NCBI GenBank assembly: GCA_028278505.1
Contig: JANQEG010000074.1
Coordinates: 3,175-67,174 of the forward strand
DNA from: Rhodobiaceae bacterium
GTDB lineage: Bacteria; Pseudomonadota; Alphaproteobacteria; Rhizobiales; JAKPQE01
Length of the DNA: 64,000 nucleotides
Direction of reading: 5' to 3'
The notes under the pieces are model-generated. The model was not told the DNA's origin. It saw only the letters and a program-made list of their open reading frames with translations, and searched no databases. The first letter of the stretch is position 1. The number at the start of each line of letters is the position of its first letter. A program made the position numbers and the translations under genes. This document shows positions 17,229 to 27,487 of this stretch, piece after piece.

Positions 17229-20200
17229 TCAACCAGATGGCAGGGCCGCCGCGCCGGACTCCGCCGTTACCCCGTCGTCCTCGTCCTCTTCCAGCCGGCG
17301 CAGTCCGAGATCATCGAAAATGCAGTAGACCGCCGGCACCACGAGCACCGAGATGATGCTGGCAACCGCCAGTCCGTAGGCAAGGCTCGTCGCCAGCGGG
17401 ATCAGCACCTGCGCCTGCAGGCTGGTTTCCGACAAGAGCGGGATGAGGCCGGCGACGGTGGTCGCCGTGGTCAGCACGATCGGCCGGAAGCGCCGGCGCG
17501 TGGCTTCGCCGGCCGCCTCGGCGGCGGAAGCGCCGCGGGCGCGGGCGCCGTCCATGAACTGGACCAGCAGGATCGAATTGTTGACGACGACCCCGGCCAG
17601 CGACGCCACGCCGACAATGCTCGGCATCGACAAATTGAGGCCGGTCAGCCAGTGGCCGAGGAAAGCGCCGACGACGCTGGAGGGGATCACCACCATGACG
17701 ATCACCGGCGCGAAATAGCCGCGGAACTGAAAGGCGAGCAGCAGGTAGACGCCGATCAGGCCGAAACTGATATTGCGCAGGATCGAGGCGCTGGTGACCG
17801 CGCCCTCCTTGTTCTGGCCCTCGACCGCATAGTCGATGCCGGGATAGCGGGCGATGAGATCGGGCAGAAACTGCGCCTGGGCTTCGCCGACGATCTCGTT
17901 GGCGTTGGCGATCCTGCCGTCGACGTCGCCGATGATGCCGACGGCGCGGCGGCCATTGACGCGGTTGATGCGGCCCCAACTCCGGCGTTGCTCGATCGTC
18001 GCCACCGCTTCGAGCGGCACCAAATCGCCGCCCGGACCGATCAGGGTGAAGCGGTCGAGGTCGGCGAGTTCGTCGCGGGCGCCGGCCATGGTCCGCACTT
18101 CGATCTCGTAGGATTCCGGGCCGATCTGCAGATCGTCGACCTTGACCCCCTGAAACGCCGCCTGCAATTGCTGGGCGATCATGCGGCTGTCGAAGCCGAG
18201 CGCGCCGGCGCCGTCCTTGAGCGTGATCGTGACTTCCGGCTTGCCCGGGCGCAGATCGTCGGAAAGATCGAAAACACCCTTGAAACCGGCCAGATAGGAC
18301 TTGAATTCGAGTGCGGCGCTTTTCAACTGATCGAGATCGTCGCCGCTCAGCCGCAGATCGATGGCGCGGCCGCCGGGGCCGATCGTCGATTCAGTGAATT
18401 TGAGCGAGATGGCGTCGGCGATCTCTCCGGTCTCACGCCGCCACAGTGCGATGATGTCGTCGGTGGTGCCGGTGCGCAGTTCGGCGCTCAACAGGTCGAC
18501 GATGACGCGGACGACATGGGGGCCGGTCTCGAACGCGTCCGGGTTCTGGCCGTAGAGCACGGTCACCGCCTTGACGAGCTTCTGTCCGTCCGGCTGTCGC
18601 GGGGTGAATTCGGCATCGACGGCGGCGATCCCGGCATCGATCGCGGCCACGGCCGCTTGCGTGCGGCCGAGCGGCGTGCCCTGCGGCAGGATCAGCCGCG
18701 CCTCGACGATGTCGCCGTCGATCTCGGGAAAGGCGACGAATTTCAGGAAACCGCCGGCGGGCAGCGCCAGCGTTAAAAGCAGAAGCAGAAAGGAGAGGCC
18801 GAGGGTCAGATAGCGCCAGCGCACCGCAAGGTCGGCAAGCCGGCCGAAAATGCCGACGCCATAACGCTGGAAGCCTTTGTCGAAAGCGCTCCGGAACCGG
18901 GATTGCCTGGTCGAGGCGTGGTGCAGGGAGTGCGACAGATGGTTCGGCAGGATCAGGAAGGCCTCGATCAGGCTGACCGCGAGCGTGAAGATCAGCACCA
19001 CCGGGATCACCCGCAGGATCTGGCCGATATCGCCGGAAATGAAGGCGAGCGCGCCGAACACGAACATGGTCGTGATGAACGAGGCGGCGACGCCGGGCAG
19101 CACCTCCAGCGTGCCGTTGACCGCCGACTTTATCCGGTTCTCGCCGCGGCGCAGATGCACGGCGATGTTTTCGGAGATGACGATCGCGTCGTCCATCAAC
19201 AGGCCGATGGCGACCAGCAGACCGACCATGGTCAGCATGTTGATGGAATAGCCGATCAACCACATTGCGGCGATGGCGCCGAGGAAGGAGACCGGCAGCC
19301 CCATCGCCACCCAGAACGAAAACCGCAGCGAAAAGAACAGCCATAAGACCAGGAAGACGAGCACCAGGCCCTGGGCGCCATTGCGCAGAAGCAGGTTCAG
19401 CCGGTTGCGGACGATGGTCGCGGAATCCCGCGCCACGTCGATTTCCGCCCCGGCGGGCAGGCGCTTGCGCTCGGCCGCGACGAAGGCGGCAATCGCATCG
19501 GCGACATCGAGGGTATCCTCGGCCTTGGTCTTTTCGACATCGAGCACGGCGGCGCGCCGGCCGTTGAACAGCACCATGTCCTCCGGCCGGTCGAACAGAT
19601 CGGTCACGGTTGCGATATCGCCGAGGCGGATGTTGGCGCCGGCATCGCTGGTGACGACGACGAGATCGGCAAACGCCCGGACATCGGTGCGCTCGTCGTC
19701 GATGCGCAACAGGAAGTCGCCGTTGCCGCCCTCGATCAGCCCGACCGGCTGGCCGATCGAGAGCCGGCCGATCCGGTCGGCAAGCTCGCTGACCGAAAGC
19801 CCGTAGGCGCGCAGCCTTGCGGCGGAGACGGAAATGCGGATCTGGCGGTCTGAAAACCCGCCAATGGTGACCTTGGAGGCGACGCCGGCGCGGATCACCC
19901 GGTCCTTGATGTCCTCGGCGAGCGCCTTCAGATCGGTCGGCGATCGCGGCCCGGTGACCATGACCGAGGCGACGAATTCGGTGCGGCCGACCTCGCGGAC
20001 CACCGGTTTTTCAATGTCGTCGGGGAAGTCGTCGATACCGTCGATGGCGCTCGACACGTCGTCGAGGAAGCGCACGATATCGCCGGTCTCCTCCATCTCG
20101 GCGGTGGCAATCGCGATATTCTCGCGGGAATCGCACTGGGTCTCGACGAGATCGACGGTGCCCTCGAGCGCGTCCTCGATGCGGGCGCAGATGGCGCCCT

Positions 20201-20372
20201 CGATCTCGACCGCGGTGGCGCCGGGATAGGCGACGGTGATTTCGACCGTGTCGTTCTTCAGATCGGGAAAGGTCGCCCGCTTCAGCGCCGGATAGGCCGC
20301 CAGGCCGATCACGAAAATCGCGATCATGGTGAGGTTGGCGGCGACCGGATGGCGCGCGAAATAGCCGATCAT
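17229..20372 (-). CDS. RND efflux permease (AcrB/AcrD/AcrF family)
   Basis: 1047 aa, with 12-TM and two-large-loop architecture. Overlaps the upstream adaptor gene by 4 nt. Confidence 0.9.
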   Translation of the reverse strand: MIGYFARHPVAANLTMIAIFVIGLAAYPALKRATFPDLKNDTVEITVAYPGATAVEIEGAICARIEDALEGTVDLVETQCDSRENIAIATAEMEETGDIVRFLDDVSSAIDGIDDFPDDIEKPVVREVGRTEFVASVMVTGPRSPTDLKALAEDIKDRVIRAGVASKVTIGGFSDRQIRISVSAARLRAYGLSVSELADRIGRLSIGQPVGLIEGGNGDFLLRIDDERTDVRAFADLVVVTSDAGANIRLGDIATVTDLFDRPEDMVLFNGRRAAVLDVEKTKAEDTLDVADAIAAFVAAERKRLPAGAEIDVARDSATIVRNRLNLLLRNGAQGLVLVFLVLWLFFSLRFSFWVAMGLPVSFLGAIAAMWLIGYSINMLTMVGLLVAIGLLMDDAIVISENIAVHLRRGENRIKSAVNGTLEVLPGVAASFITTMFVFGALAFISGDIGQILRVIPVVLIFTLAVSLIEAFLILPNHLSHSLHHASTRQSRFRSAFDKGFQRYGVGIFGRLADLAVRWRYLTLGLSFLLLLLTLALPAGGFLKFVAFPEIDGDIVEARLILPQGTPLGRTQAAVAAIDAGIAAVDAEFTPRQPDGQKLVKAVTVLYGQNPDAFETGPHVVRVIVDLLSAELRTGTTDDIIALWRRETGEIADAISLKFTESTIGPGGRAIDLRLSGDDLDQLKSAALEFKSYLAGFKGVFDLSDDLRPGKPEVTITLKDGAGALGFDSRMIAQQLQAAFQGVKVDDLQIGPESYEIEVRTMAGARDELADLDRFTLIGPGGDLVPLEAVATIEQRRSWGRINRVNGRRAVGIIGDVDGRIANANEIVGEAQAQFLPDLIARYPGIDYAVEGQNKEGAVTSASILRNISFGLIGVYLLLAFQFRGYFAPVIVMVVIPSSVVGAFLGHWLTGLNLSMPSIVGVASLAGVVVNNSILLVQFMDGARARGASAAEAAGEATRRRFRPIVLTTATTVAGLIPLLSETSLQAQVLIPLATSLAYGLAVASIISVLVVPAVYCIFDDLGLRRLEEDEDDGVTAESGAAALPSG

Positions 20373-21706
20373 TGCCCTGCTCCGGCCTCGGCGGCGAGTG
20401 CCGATTGCGCGTCTTCGTCGGTGACCGGGTTAAGCAGCATCCCGTCGACCGCCGGGATGAGATCGGAGACGACCAGGGTTTCGCCGCCGGCAAGGCCGTC
20501 GACGACCGGAACAATGCCGTTGGTGTGCGGTCCTGTCCGGACGCTGCGGATGTCGAGGCGGTTTTCGTCGTCAACCAGATAGACGGCCGCGCCGTGCAGC
20601 GCCGTCCGCGGTACGACAATGCGGCCGGGTTGCGCCTTGCCGCTGATCTCGACCTCGACGAACATGCCGTTGACCAGCGGCGGCCGCGCGCCGCCCTTGA
20701 TGTCCTCATAGGGCCGGTCGACGGCGATGACGACGCCGACGGTCCGCGTCTTCTGGTCGAGGGCGCCGGCTATGCGCAGGAACTCGCCGGGCCATTCGAT
20801 GCTGTTGTTGCCGATATCGAGCCTGACCACCGGCCGGAAGCCGGCGCGCTCGGGCAATTCCTTCGACGATTTCAGCGGGTCGATGACGAAATCGGGATCT
20901 TGCGGAAACAGCGAGGCGAGCCGGTCGATCGACAGCGGCACGGTGATTTCGACCCGGTTGATCGAATCGCCGACGAACAGGGTCTGACCGGTGCTGACGA
21001 ACTGCGCCAGCTCGACGGCGACCTCGCGTACGCGGATATCGAACGGGGCGCGGATCACCGTGTTGTCGAGATCGAGCCGGGCACTGGCGATCTGCGCCTC
21101 CAGCACGTTGATCTGGGCCGGGATCAGCGCCAGCTTGCTGCGCTCATTCTGCACCGCCTGGCGCGAGGCAAGCACCGTGCGTTCGGCGGCGTCGACATTG
21201 CTCTGCGCCGTCGTTCCGCGGGCGGCGAGGTTCTTCTTGCGCTCCAGATCGGCTTCAACGAGCGCCAGATTGCGCTCCTCGATCGCCAGCGAAGCCTTGC
21301 CGTTCTCGTTCTCGATCTCTTTTTGTGCAAGTTGCGCCTGCAATTCTGCAAGCGCGAGTTTAAAGGCGGCGGGATCGATTTTGATCAGGACTTCGCTCTT
21401 GGCGATGATCGAGCCGTCGCGCAAGAGCGGGTGAACCTCGATGATCCGGCCCGGGACCTCCGCGACCGCGTTCCACGAATGCTCCGGCTTGACCGTTCCG
21501 AAACCGTTGACGCGGGGGACGAGATCGAGCTTCGGCACCTCTATAACCCGCACCTTGCGGCCGATTTCGGCGGCCTCGGTGCGTTCCGGTCCGGGTTTGC
21601 TGCCGGCCGCCATCACCAGCACGGAAATGCCGAGCGCAATGGGCGCGGCGACGGCGATGAGCCGTCCGGCAATCGTCAGTATTCCCGCCATCTCCGGTCC
21701 CTTCAC
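20369..21706 (-). CDS. RND efflux periplasmic adaptor (MFP/HlyD family)
   Basis: N-terminal anchor, coiled-coil (LAELQAQLAQKEIENENGK...), then a beta-barrel region. Translationally coupled to the RND permease. Confidence 0.85.
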   Translation of the reverse strand: MKGPEMAGILTIAGRLIAVAAPIALGISVLVMAAGSKPGPERTEAAEIGRKVRVIEVPKLDLVPRVNGFGTVKPEHSWNAVAEVPGRIIEVHPLLRDGSIIAKSEVLIKIDPAAFKLALAELQAQLAQKEIENENGKASLAIEERNLALVEADLERKKNLAARGTTAQSNVDAAERTVLASRQAVQNERSKLALIPAQINVLEAQIASARLDLDNTVIRAPFDIRVREVAVELAQFVSTGQTLFVGDSINRVEITVPLSIDRLASLFPQDPDFVIDPLKSSKELPERAGFRPVVRLDIGNNSIEWPGEFLRIAGALDQKTRTVGVVIAVDRPYEDIKGGARPPLVNGMFVEVEISGKAQPGRIVVPRTALHGAAVYLVDDENRLDIRSVRTGPHTNGIVPVVDGLAGGETLVVSDLIPAVDGMLLNPVTDEDAQSALAAEAGAGQ

Positions 21707-21921
21707 ACCCCGTCACAACGATCGCAAACAGGGTGTCTATAGTCGCTTCGTTTCGCGGTGACAAAAAAACGGCAAATTGCTCAAACTTTTGCCATGAGGG
21801 TGTAAAGCGATTGACCGAACGCCATACATCCATCACATTCCGCCCAGTCTGAATGCTGACGGACTGTAATCGGCGGCGGCAGCGGCCGCCAGTGATCTTC
21901 CGCAAACTGTTGGGAACGCCT

Positions 21922-23709
21922 ATGCCGGCAGATATCACGGCAATTCTCGATCGATACGGTGCCGACCGGACCCGACTGCTCGACATGTTGTGGGCGGTCC
22001 AGGATGCCGACGGCCACATCACTCAGCCGGCAATCGAAGGCCTGGCCGCCGGGCTTTCGCTGTCGCGCGCCGAGATCGAGGAAACCGTCAGCTTCTACCA
22101 TTTCTTTTCGATGCAGCCGGCCGGCCGCCACCGCATCTATCTCAACAACGATGTTTCGACGCAGTTAAGCGGTCGCTACGAGGCGGTCCGCGACGCCTTC
22201 GAGGAGGCCTGCGGCTGCACTTTCGGCACGGTCAGCGCCGACGGCCGCTTCGGCCTTTACGACACCGCCTGCATCGGCATGTGCGACCGCGAACCGGCGG
22301 CGCTGATCGATTTCGTTCCGTTCACCGATCTGACGCCGGAGCGGGTGGCGAAGATCGTCGCGAGCCTCAAGGACGGTGTCGCGACGAAATCGCTCGCGGC
22401 AGCATTCGACAGCGGCTGCGATGTCGTCACCACCAGATGGCAGCGGACCGGACCGGTGTTCGATCCCAGAACCGCCGCCGGGCCGTCGCTGGAGGCGCTG
22501 TTTTCACTCGCCCCCGGGGAAATCCTCGAGGCGGTGGCCGCATCGGGCCTGCGCGGGCGCGGCGGCGCCGGTTTTTCGACCGGGCTCAAATGGCGCCTCT
22601 GCCGCGAGACGAAGGCGGCAACCCGCTATGTCGTCTGCAACGCCGATGAGGGCGAGCCCGGAACCTTCAAGGATCGCGCCCTGTTGACCGATATGCCGCA
22701 TCTGCTGATCGAGGGCATGGTCGCAGCGGCTTACGCGATCGACGCCAGCGCCGGCGTCATCTATCTGCGCGCCGAATACCGCTATCTGTTCGATCGCCTG
22801 GACTCGCTCATCGCCGACTACCGCAAGGCCGGCTGGCTCGGCCACAACATCGCCGGCAGCGGCTTTGATTTCGACCTCCGCCTTCAGCTCGGCGCCGGCT
22901 CCTATGTCTGCGGCGAGGAATCGGCGCTGATCGAGTCGATGGAAGGCAAGCGCGGCAGCCCGCGCAACCGCCCGCCCTTTCCGGTCGAGGCCGGTTTTTG
23001 CGGCATGCCGACGATCGTCAACAATGTCGAAACGCTGGCCGCGGTGCCGCGCATCCTCAAAGAGGGCGCCGATTGGTATGCCGGTTTCGGCACCGAGAAA
23101 TCGCCGGGCACCAAGCTGTTGAGTGTCGCCGGTGATTGCGCCCGCCCGGGCATTTACGAGGTGCCTTTCGGCATCACCGTCGGCGAATTCCTCGACATGG
23201 TCGGCGCCGAGCCGGCGCTGGCGCTGCAGGTCAGCGGCCCCTCGGGCGAATGCATCAATGCGGCGCAATCCCGGCATCGCCGGCTTTGCCACGAGGATCT
23301 GTCGATCGGCGGCGCCATGACGGTGTTTTCCGCAGAGCGCGACCTGCTCGACCATATGAGCCGGTTCCTGTCCTTTTTCATCGCCGAATCCTGCGGCATC
23401 TGCACGCCATGCCGGTCGGGCAATGTGGCAATGAAGACGCTGCTCGAACGGCTCCGCGACGGCCGCGGCGAACAGCGCCATCTGGCCGACCTCGAACGTT
23501 GGGGCCATATCATCGCCGAGACGAGCCGCTGCGGGCTCGGGGCGTCGGCTCCCAATCCGGTGCTGTCGAGCCTGCGCGAATTCCCCGATCTCTATGCGGC
23601 GCTCGTCGACGGCCGCGAGGCGGAGATGTTCGTGCCCGGCTTCGATCTCGATGCGAGCACCGGCGACTATCGCCGCATCGTCGAAAGGGCGCGCAGCAAT
23701 GGCCGATGA
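21922..23709 (+). CDS. hoxF: NAD-reducing [NiFe]-hydrogenase diaphorase subunit HoxF (fused NuoE-like and NuoF-like domains)
   Basis: NuoE-like N-terminus (LLDMLWAVQD...VSFYHFF). NuoF-like GRGGAGFSTGLKW and CNADEGEPGTFKDR. Cluster motif ESCGICTPCR. Confidence 0.85.
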   Translation: MPADITAILDRYGADRTRLLDMLWAVQDADGHITQPAIEGLAAGLSLSRAEIEETVSFYHFFSMQPAGRHRIYLNNDVSTQLSGRYEAVRDAFEEACGCTFGTVSADGRFGLYDTACIGMCDREPAALIDFVPFTDLTPERVAKIVASLKDGVATKSLAAAFDSGCDVVTTRWQRTGPVFDPRTAAGPSLEALFSLAPGEILEAVAASGLRGRGGAGFSTGLKWRLCRETKAATRYVVCNADEGEPGTFKDRALLTDMPHLLIEGMVAAAYAIDASAGVIYLRAEYRYLFDRLDSLIADYRKAGWLGHNIAGSGFDFDLRLQLGAGSYVCGEESALIESMEGKRGSPRNRPPFPVEAGFCGMPTIVNNVETLAAVPRILKEGADWYAGFGTEKSPGTKLLSVAGDCARPGIYEVPFGITVGEFLDMVGAEPALALQVSGPSGECINAAQSRHRRLCHEDLSIGGAMTVFSAERDLLDHMSRFLSFFIAESCGICTPCRSGNVAMKTLLERLRDGRGEQRHLADLERWGHIIAETSRCGLGASAPNPVLSSLREFPDLYAALVDGREAEMFVPGFDLDASTGDYRRIVERARSNGR

Positions 23710-24397
23710 GGTAACCTTCTTCATTGACGGGCGCCCGTGCACGGCGGCGGCCGGCGACAATCTGGTCGAGGCGGCGGCGGACAACGGCGTCTACATCCCG
23801 ACGCTGTGTCATTACAAGGGCCACAAGCCGCTCGGCACCTGCCGCGTCTGCATGGTGCGGGTCGACGGCCGCGAGGCGGCGGCCTGCACCTTCGGCGTCC
23901 GTGACGGCATGCGCGTCGATGTCGACGCGCCGGAGCTCGCCGATGCCCGCAAGGCGCTGATCGAGTTGCTTTTCGTCGAGCGCAATCATTTCTGCCCGGC
24001 GTGCGAGAAGAGCGGGCGCTGCGATTTGCAGGCGGTCGCCTATCACATGCATCTGACGGTGCCGCGGTTTCCCTATCGCTACGTTCCGTTCACGGTGGAG
24101 AATTTCGCCGGCAAATTGCTCATCGATCACAATCGTTGCATACTGTGCGGGCGCTGCGAGGAATTCGTCCGCCGCGGCGACAGTAAGGTGTTCGCCATGA
24201 AGCAGCGCTCGTCGGAGGCGCGGATCACCGTCGATCTGGCGCTGCTGGCGGAAATGAGTGCGAACGAAATCGCGCATGCCGTGCATGTCTGCCCGGTCGG
24301 CGCGATCCTGGCGCCGGGACAGGGCTTCGACACGCCGATCGGGCGGCGCAAATACGACACGCACCGGATCGGAGAAATCACCGATGGACGGGACTGA
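23699..24397 (+). CDS. hoxU: hydrogenase diaphorase iron-sulfur subunit HoxU (NuoG N-terminal-like)
   Basis: VTFFIDGRPC...LCHYKGHKPLGTCRVCMV, HFCPACEKSGRCDLQ and CILCGRC. Overlaps the hoxF stop by 11 nt. Confidence 0.85.
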   Translation: MADEVTFFIDGRPCTAAAGDNLVEAAADNGVYIPTLCHYKGHKPLGTCRVCMVRVDGREAAACTFGVRDGMRVDVDAPELADARKALIELLFVERNHFCPACEKSGRCDLQAVAYHMHLTVPRFPYRYVPFTVENFAGKLLIDHNRCILCGRCEEFVRRGDSKVFAMKQRSSEARITVDLALLAEMSANEIAHAVHVCPVGAILAPGQGFDTPIGRRKYDTHRIGEITDGRD

Positions 24398-24950
24398 GGC
24401 GCCGCACAAGAAGCCGATCCTGGCGACGGTATCGCTTGCGGGATGTTTCGGCTGCCACATGTCGCTGCTCGACGCCGATGAGCGCATTCTCGATGTGCTG
24501 GCCGCGTTCGAACTGCACCGCTCGCCCCTGACCGACATCAAGCGCTTCGCCAAGCGCTGCGATGTCGGGCTGATCGAGGGCGGTTGCTGCAACGACGAAA
24601 ATGTCCACGTGCTGCGCGAATTCCGCGAGAATTGCGACGTGCTGGTCGCCGTCGGCGCCTGTGCCATCAATGGCGGCCTGCCGGCGCTGCGCAACGAGAT
24701 CGGCCTGGAGGCCTGCCTCACCGAGGCCTATCTGGAGATGCCGACGGGCGCCGGCGCCGAGGGCATCATTCCCGCCGACGCCGACATCCCGAAGCTGCTC
24801 GACCGGGTCTATCCCTGCCACGAGGTGGTAAAAATCGATTATTTCCTGCCCGGCTGCCCGCCCCCGGCAGATGCCTTTTGGGCGCTGCTGACGGCGCTGG
24901 CGGCCGGACGCGCCCCCGATCTGCCGACGGAGCTGATCCACTACGATTAG
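24384..24950 (+). CDS. hoxY: [NiFe]-hydrogenase small subunit HoxY (group 3)
   Basis: ILATVSLAGCFGCHMSLLD...GGCCNDENV...VGACAINGG...LPGCPP. Overlaps hoxU by 14 nt. Confidence 0.85.
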   Translation: MDGTEAPHKKPILATVSLAGCFGCHMSLLDADERILDVLAAFELHRSPLTDIKRFAKRCDVGLIEGGCCNDENVHVLREFRENCDVLVAVGACAINGGLPALRNEIGLEACLTEAYLEMPTGAGAEGIIPADADIPKLLDRVYPCHEVVKIDYFLPGCPPPADAFWALLTALAAGRAPDLPTELIHYD

Positions 24951-25111
24951 CGCCGTTGCCGAAGCGACGGTTCGCGTTCGCGAAAAGGGGGGAACCGGTT
25001 TTCGAATGGGAATACGCGATCTAGATAAGGGGAGGGAGCGCTTTTTAAGGGTTTCGATCCAAGCAAGGAGCGCTCTCGCCGGACAAGCCAGAAAAGCCGC
25101 GGGGCAACGCC

Positions 25112-26572
25112 ATGAACACTGGGCAGAAAATCGTCATCGATCCGGTCACCCGCGTCGAGGGTCACGGCCGCATCACGGTTCATCTCGACGAGAACCATCA
25201 CGTCGAGGAGGCACGGCTGCACATCGTCGAGTTCCGCGGCTTCGAGAAGTTCGTGCACGGCCGGCCCTATTGGGAGGTGCCGGTGCTGGTCCAGCGGCTG
25301 TGCGGCATCTGCCCGGTCAGCCATCATCTCGCCGGCGCCAAGGCGATCGACGAAATCGTCGGCATCAGCCCCGGCAGCGACCACACGCTGACACCGACGG
25401 CGGAGAAGATGCGCCGGCTCATGCATTACGGCCAGGTGTTCCAGTCGCACGTGCTGCATTTCTTCTATCTGTGCTCGCCGGACCTTCTGTTCGGCATCGA
25501 CGGCGAGGTGGAAAGTCGCAACATTGTCGGCGTCGCCATGGCCGAGCCGGAACTGGCCAAGAAGGCGATCCTGATGCGCAAGTTCGGCCAGGAGATCATC
25601 CGCGCGACGGCGGGCAAGAAGGTGCACGGGATTTCCGCCGTGCCGGGCGGCATCCACAAGACGCTGTCGGCGGAGGAGCGCGACTATTTCCTCAACGGCA
25701 AGGAAATTCCGGCGATCGACACCATGATCGACTGGGCGCTCGAAGGGCTCGACTTCTTCAAGAGCTTCCACCGCGACAACCGCGAATGGCTCGACGGTTA
25801 CGCGGCGGTGCCATCGAGCCATATGGGCATGGTGCGCAAGGACGGAGCGCTCGACCTCTATCACGGCGACCTCAAAGTGGTCGACGCCGAGGGCACGCTG
25901 CTGCAGACCTTCGACTATCACGACTATCTGAACGAGCTCGGCGAAGAGACCAAGAGCTGGTCCTATATGAAATTCCCCTATCTGCGCAGCCTCGGCCGCC
26001 AAGACGGCTGGTACCGGGTCGGGCCGCTGCCGCGCCTCAACGTCTGCGAGTTCCTGCCCTCGCCGCTGGCGCAGAAGGAATTCGAGGCGTTCCGCGCCTA
26101 TACCGGCGGCCGCGCCAACAACATGTCGATGCACTATCACTGGGCGCGGCTGATCGAGGTCGTGCACGCAGCCGAAGTGATCCGCGACCTGCTGGCCGAT
26201 CCCGATCTGCAGAAGGACAATCTGATTGCCCGCGGGACGGCGGCGGGCGAGGGCATCGGCGTCGTCGAGGCGCCGCGCGGCACGCTCTTCCACCACTATA
26301 AGGTCGACGATGCCGGCCGCATCAATTTCTGCAATCTGATCGTCTCGACCACCAACAACAACACCGCCATGAACCGGGCGGTGGCGGCGGCGGCGGAGGA
26401 TCTGATGGAGGGCGTGCCCGAAGTCACCGAAGCGATGACCAATGGCGTCGAGGTGGTGCTGCGCGCCTATGATCCGTGCCTGTCCTGCGCCACCCATGCG
26501 GTCGGCCAGATGCCGCTCAGGATCGAGCTCTACGATGCCGGGGGTACGCTCCGCGATGTCCGGGTCAGGTGA
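25112..26572 (+). CDS. hoxH: [NiFe]-hydrogenase large subunit HoxH (group 3d-like)
   Basis: N-terminal RVEGHGRI and RLCGICPVSH. C-terminal DPCLSCATH followed by a cleavable extension. Confidence 0.9.
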   Translation: MNTGQKIVIDPVTRVEGHGRITVHLDENHHVEEARLHIVEFRGFEKFVHGRPYWEVPVLVQRLCGICPVSHHLAGAKAIDEIVGISPGSDHTLTPTAEKMRRLMHYGQVFQSHVLHFFYLCSPDLLFGIDGEVESRNIVGVAMAEPELAKKAILMRKFGQEIIRATAGKKVHGISAVPGGIHKTLSAEERDYFLNGKEIPAIDTMIDWALEGLDFFKSFHRDNREWLDGYAAVPSSHMGMVRKDGALDLYHGDLKVVDAEGTLLQTFDYHDYLNELGEETKSWSYMKFPYLRSLGRQDGWYRVGPLPRLNVCEFLPSPLAQKEFEAFRAYTGGRANNMSMHYHWARLIEVVHAAEVIRDLLADPDLQKDNLIARGTAAGEGIGVVEAPRGTLFHHYKVDDAGRINFCNLIVSTTNNNTAMNRAVAAAAEDLMEGVPEVTEAMTNGVEVVLRAYDPCLSCATHAVGQMPLRIELYDAGGTLRDVRVR

Positions 26573-27068
26573 GGCCGGGGCGAAGCGAATCCTGGTCTGC
26601 ACGATCGGCAATCCCGGGCGCGGCGATGACGGCCTCGGCTGGGCGTTCGCCGATGCGCTCGAAGCGCAATGCGGTGACACGCTCGACATCGAGCGCTGCT
26701 ATCAACTCGCGCCGGAAGACGCCGAGCGGTTCGCCCGCCGCGAACACCTGGTTCTGGTCGACGCCACCGTCGCCGCCGATGTCGAGACATTTCGCCGGCG
26801 TATGATTGTACCCGACGACGCCAATACGGCGGCGATTTCGAGCCATCGGCTCGATCCGGTCGCCGCCGTCACGCTCGCCGCCCGCCTCTACGGCCGGGCG
26901 CCGCGGACCGAACTCATCGAGATCCGCGGCTATCGCTTCGAACTCGATATCGGTCTGTCGGAGGCGGCTGCCGTCAATCTCGACCTTGCGCTTGCCGCCG
27001 CCGCCGACCTTGCCGGCGGGGAAACCGCGGCGATGTCACGCGACGACGCACCGATCGTCGAATCGTGA
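26556..27068 (+). CDS. hoxW: hydrogenase maturation endopeptidase HoxW
   Basis: RILVCTIGNPGRGDDGLGWAF motif. ATG 26556 overlaps the hoxH end by 17 nt. Confidence 0.75.
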   Translation: MSGSGEAGAKRILVCTIGNPGRGDDGLGWAFADALEAQCGDTLDIERCYQLAPEDAERFARREHLVLVDATVAADVETFRRRMIVPDDANTAAISSHRLDPVAAVTLAARLYGRAPRTELIEIRGYRFELDIGLSEAAAVNLDLALAAAADLAGGETAAMSRDDAPIVES

Positions 27069-27160
27069 TTGTGCGGCGATTGTCGGCGACGCATTAAGGG
27101 CTTATGTGAGGGAAAACGGCCGCTCCGAATGGCGTGCGGCCCGGATTTCGGAGGTCGGCG

Positions 27161-27475
27161 GTGTTTCGGTTCTTTTTCCGGTTCTTCGGCGTGTGGCTGC
27201 TGGCGCTCGGCTTCGTTCTGCTGGTGGTCGATGGCTCCCGGTCGATCGCCGACAACGAACTGGCGATGGCGCCGCTCGGCGAGCTTTTGTTCGATCTCGA
27301 TCCGGCACTCCTCAACCAGATGCAGGCGGGGATCGAGCGCAATCTTCACCCGGTCGTCTGGGACCCGATCGTCCAATCGCTGCTCCTGTTGCCGGGATGG
27401 ATCGTCGTCGGCGGGCTCGGTGTCGCGCTCATGATGCTCGGCCGCAAACGCGAGCCGATCGAACTCTCCGTTTAG
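27161..27475 (+). CDS. small membrane protein, unknown function
   Basis: GTG 27161 lies 7 nt after ggagg. Two hydrophobic segments (FFGVWLLALGFVLLVV and LLLLPGWIVVGGLGVALMML). Confidence 0.5.
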   Translation: MFRFFFRFFGVWLLALGFVLLVVDGSRSIADNELAMAPLGELLFDLDPALLNQMQAGIERNLHPVVWDPIVQSLLLLPGWIVVGGLGVALMMLGRKREPIELSV

Positions 27476-27487
27476 AGCGAGACGCAG

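Noticed and set aside
17157-18776. 539-aa plus-strand ORF antisense to the RND permease (also 20372-21742, 22504-23784, 33226-34491, 14947-16395, 7315-8808, 5603-6628, 40005-41285)
   Set aside because: All are mirror-frame ORFs opposite well-supported genes, with extreme Arg/Ala/Gly/Asp content and no motifs. Long antisense ORFs are expected at this GC content.
25006-26301. 431-aa ORF starting in the hoxY-hoxH spacer
   Set aside because: It is out of frame with hoxH and overlaps it almost entirely. It is Arg/Pro/Gly-rich. HoxH begins with the canonical MNTGQKIVIDPVTRVEGHG at 25112.
24947-26689. 580-aa minus-strand ORF antisense to hoxH
   Set aside because: Antisense to a gene with unambiguous [NiFe] large-subunit motifs. 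Composition is dominated by R/A/G/D/V and no domain is recognisable. GC-driven artefact.
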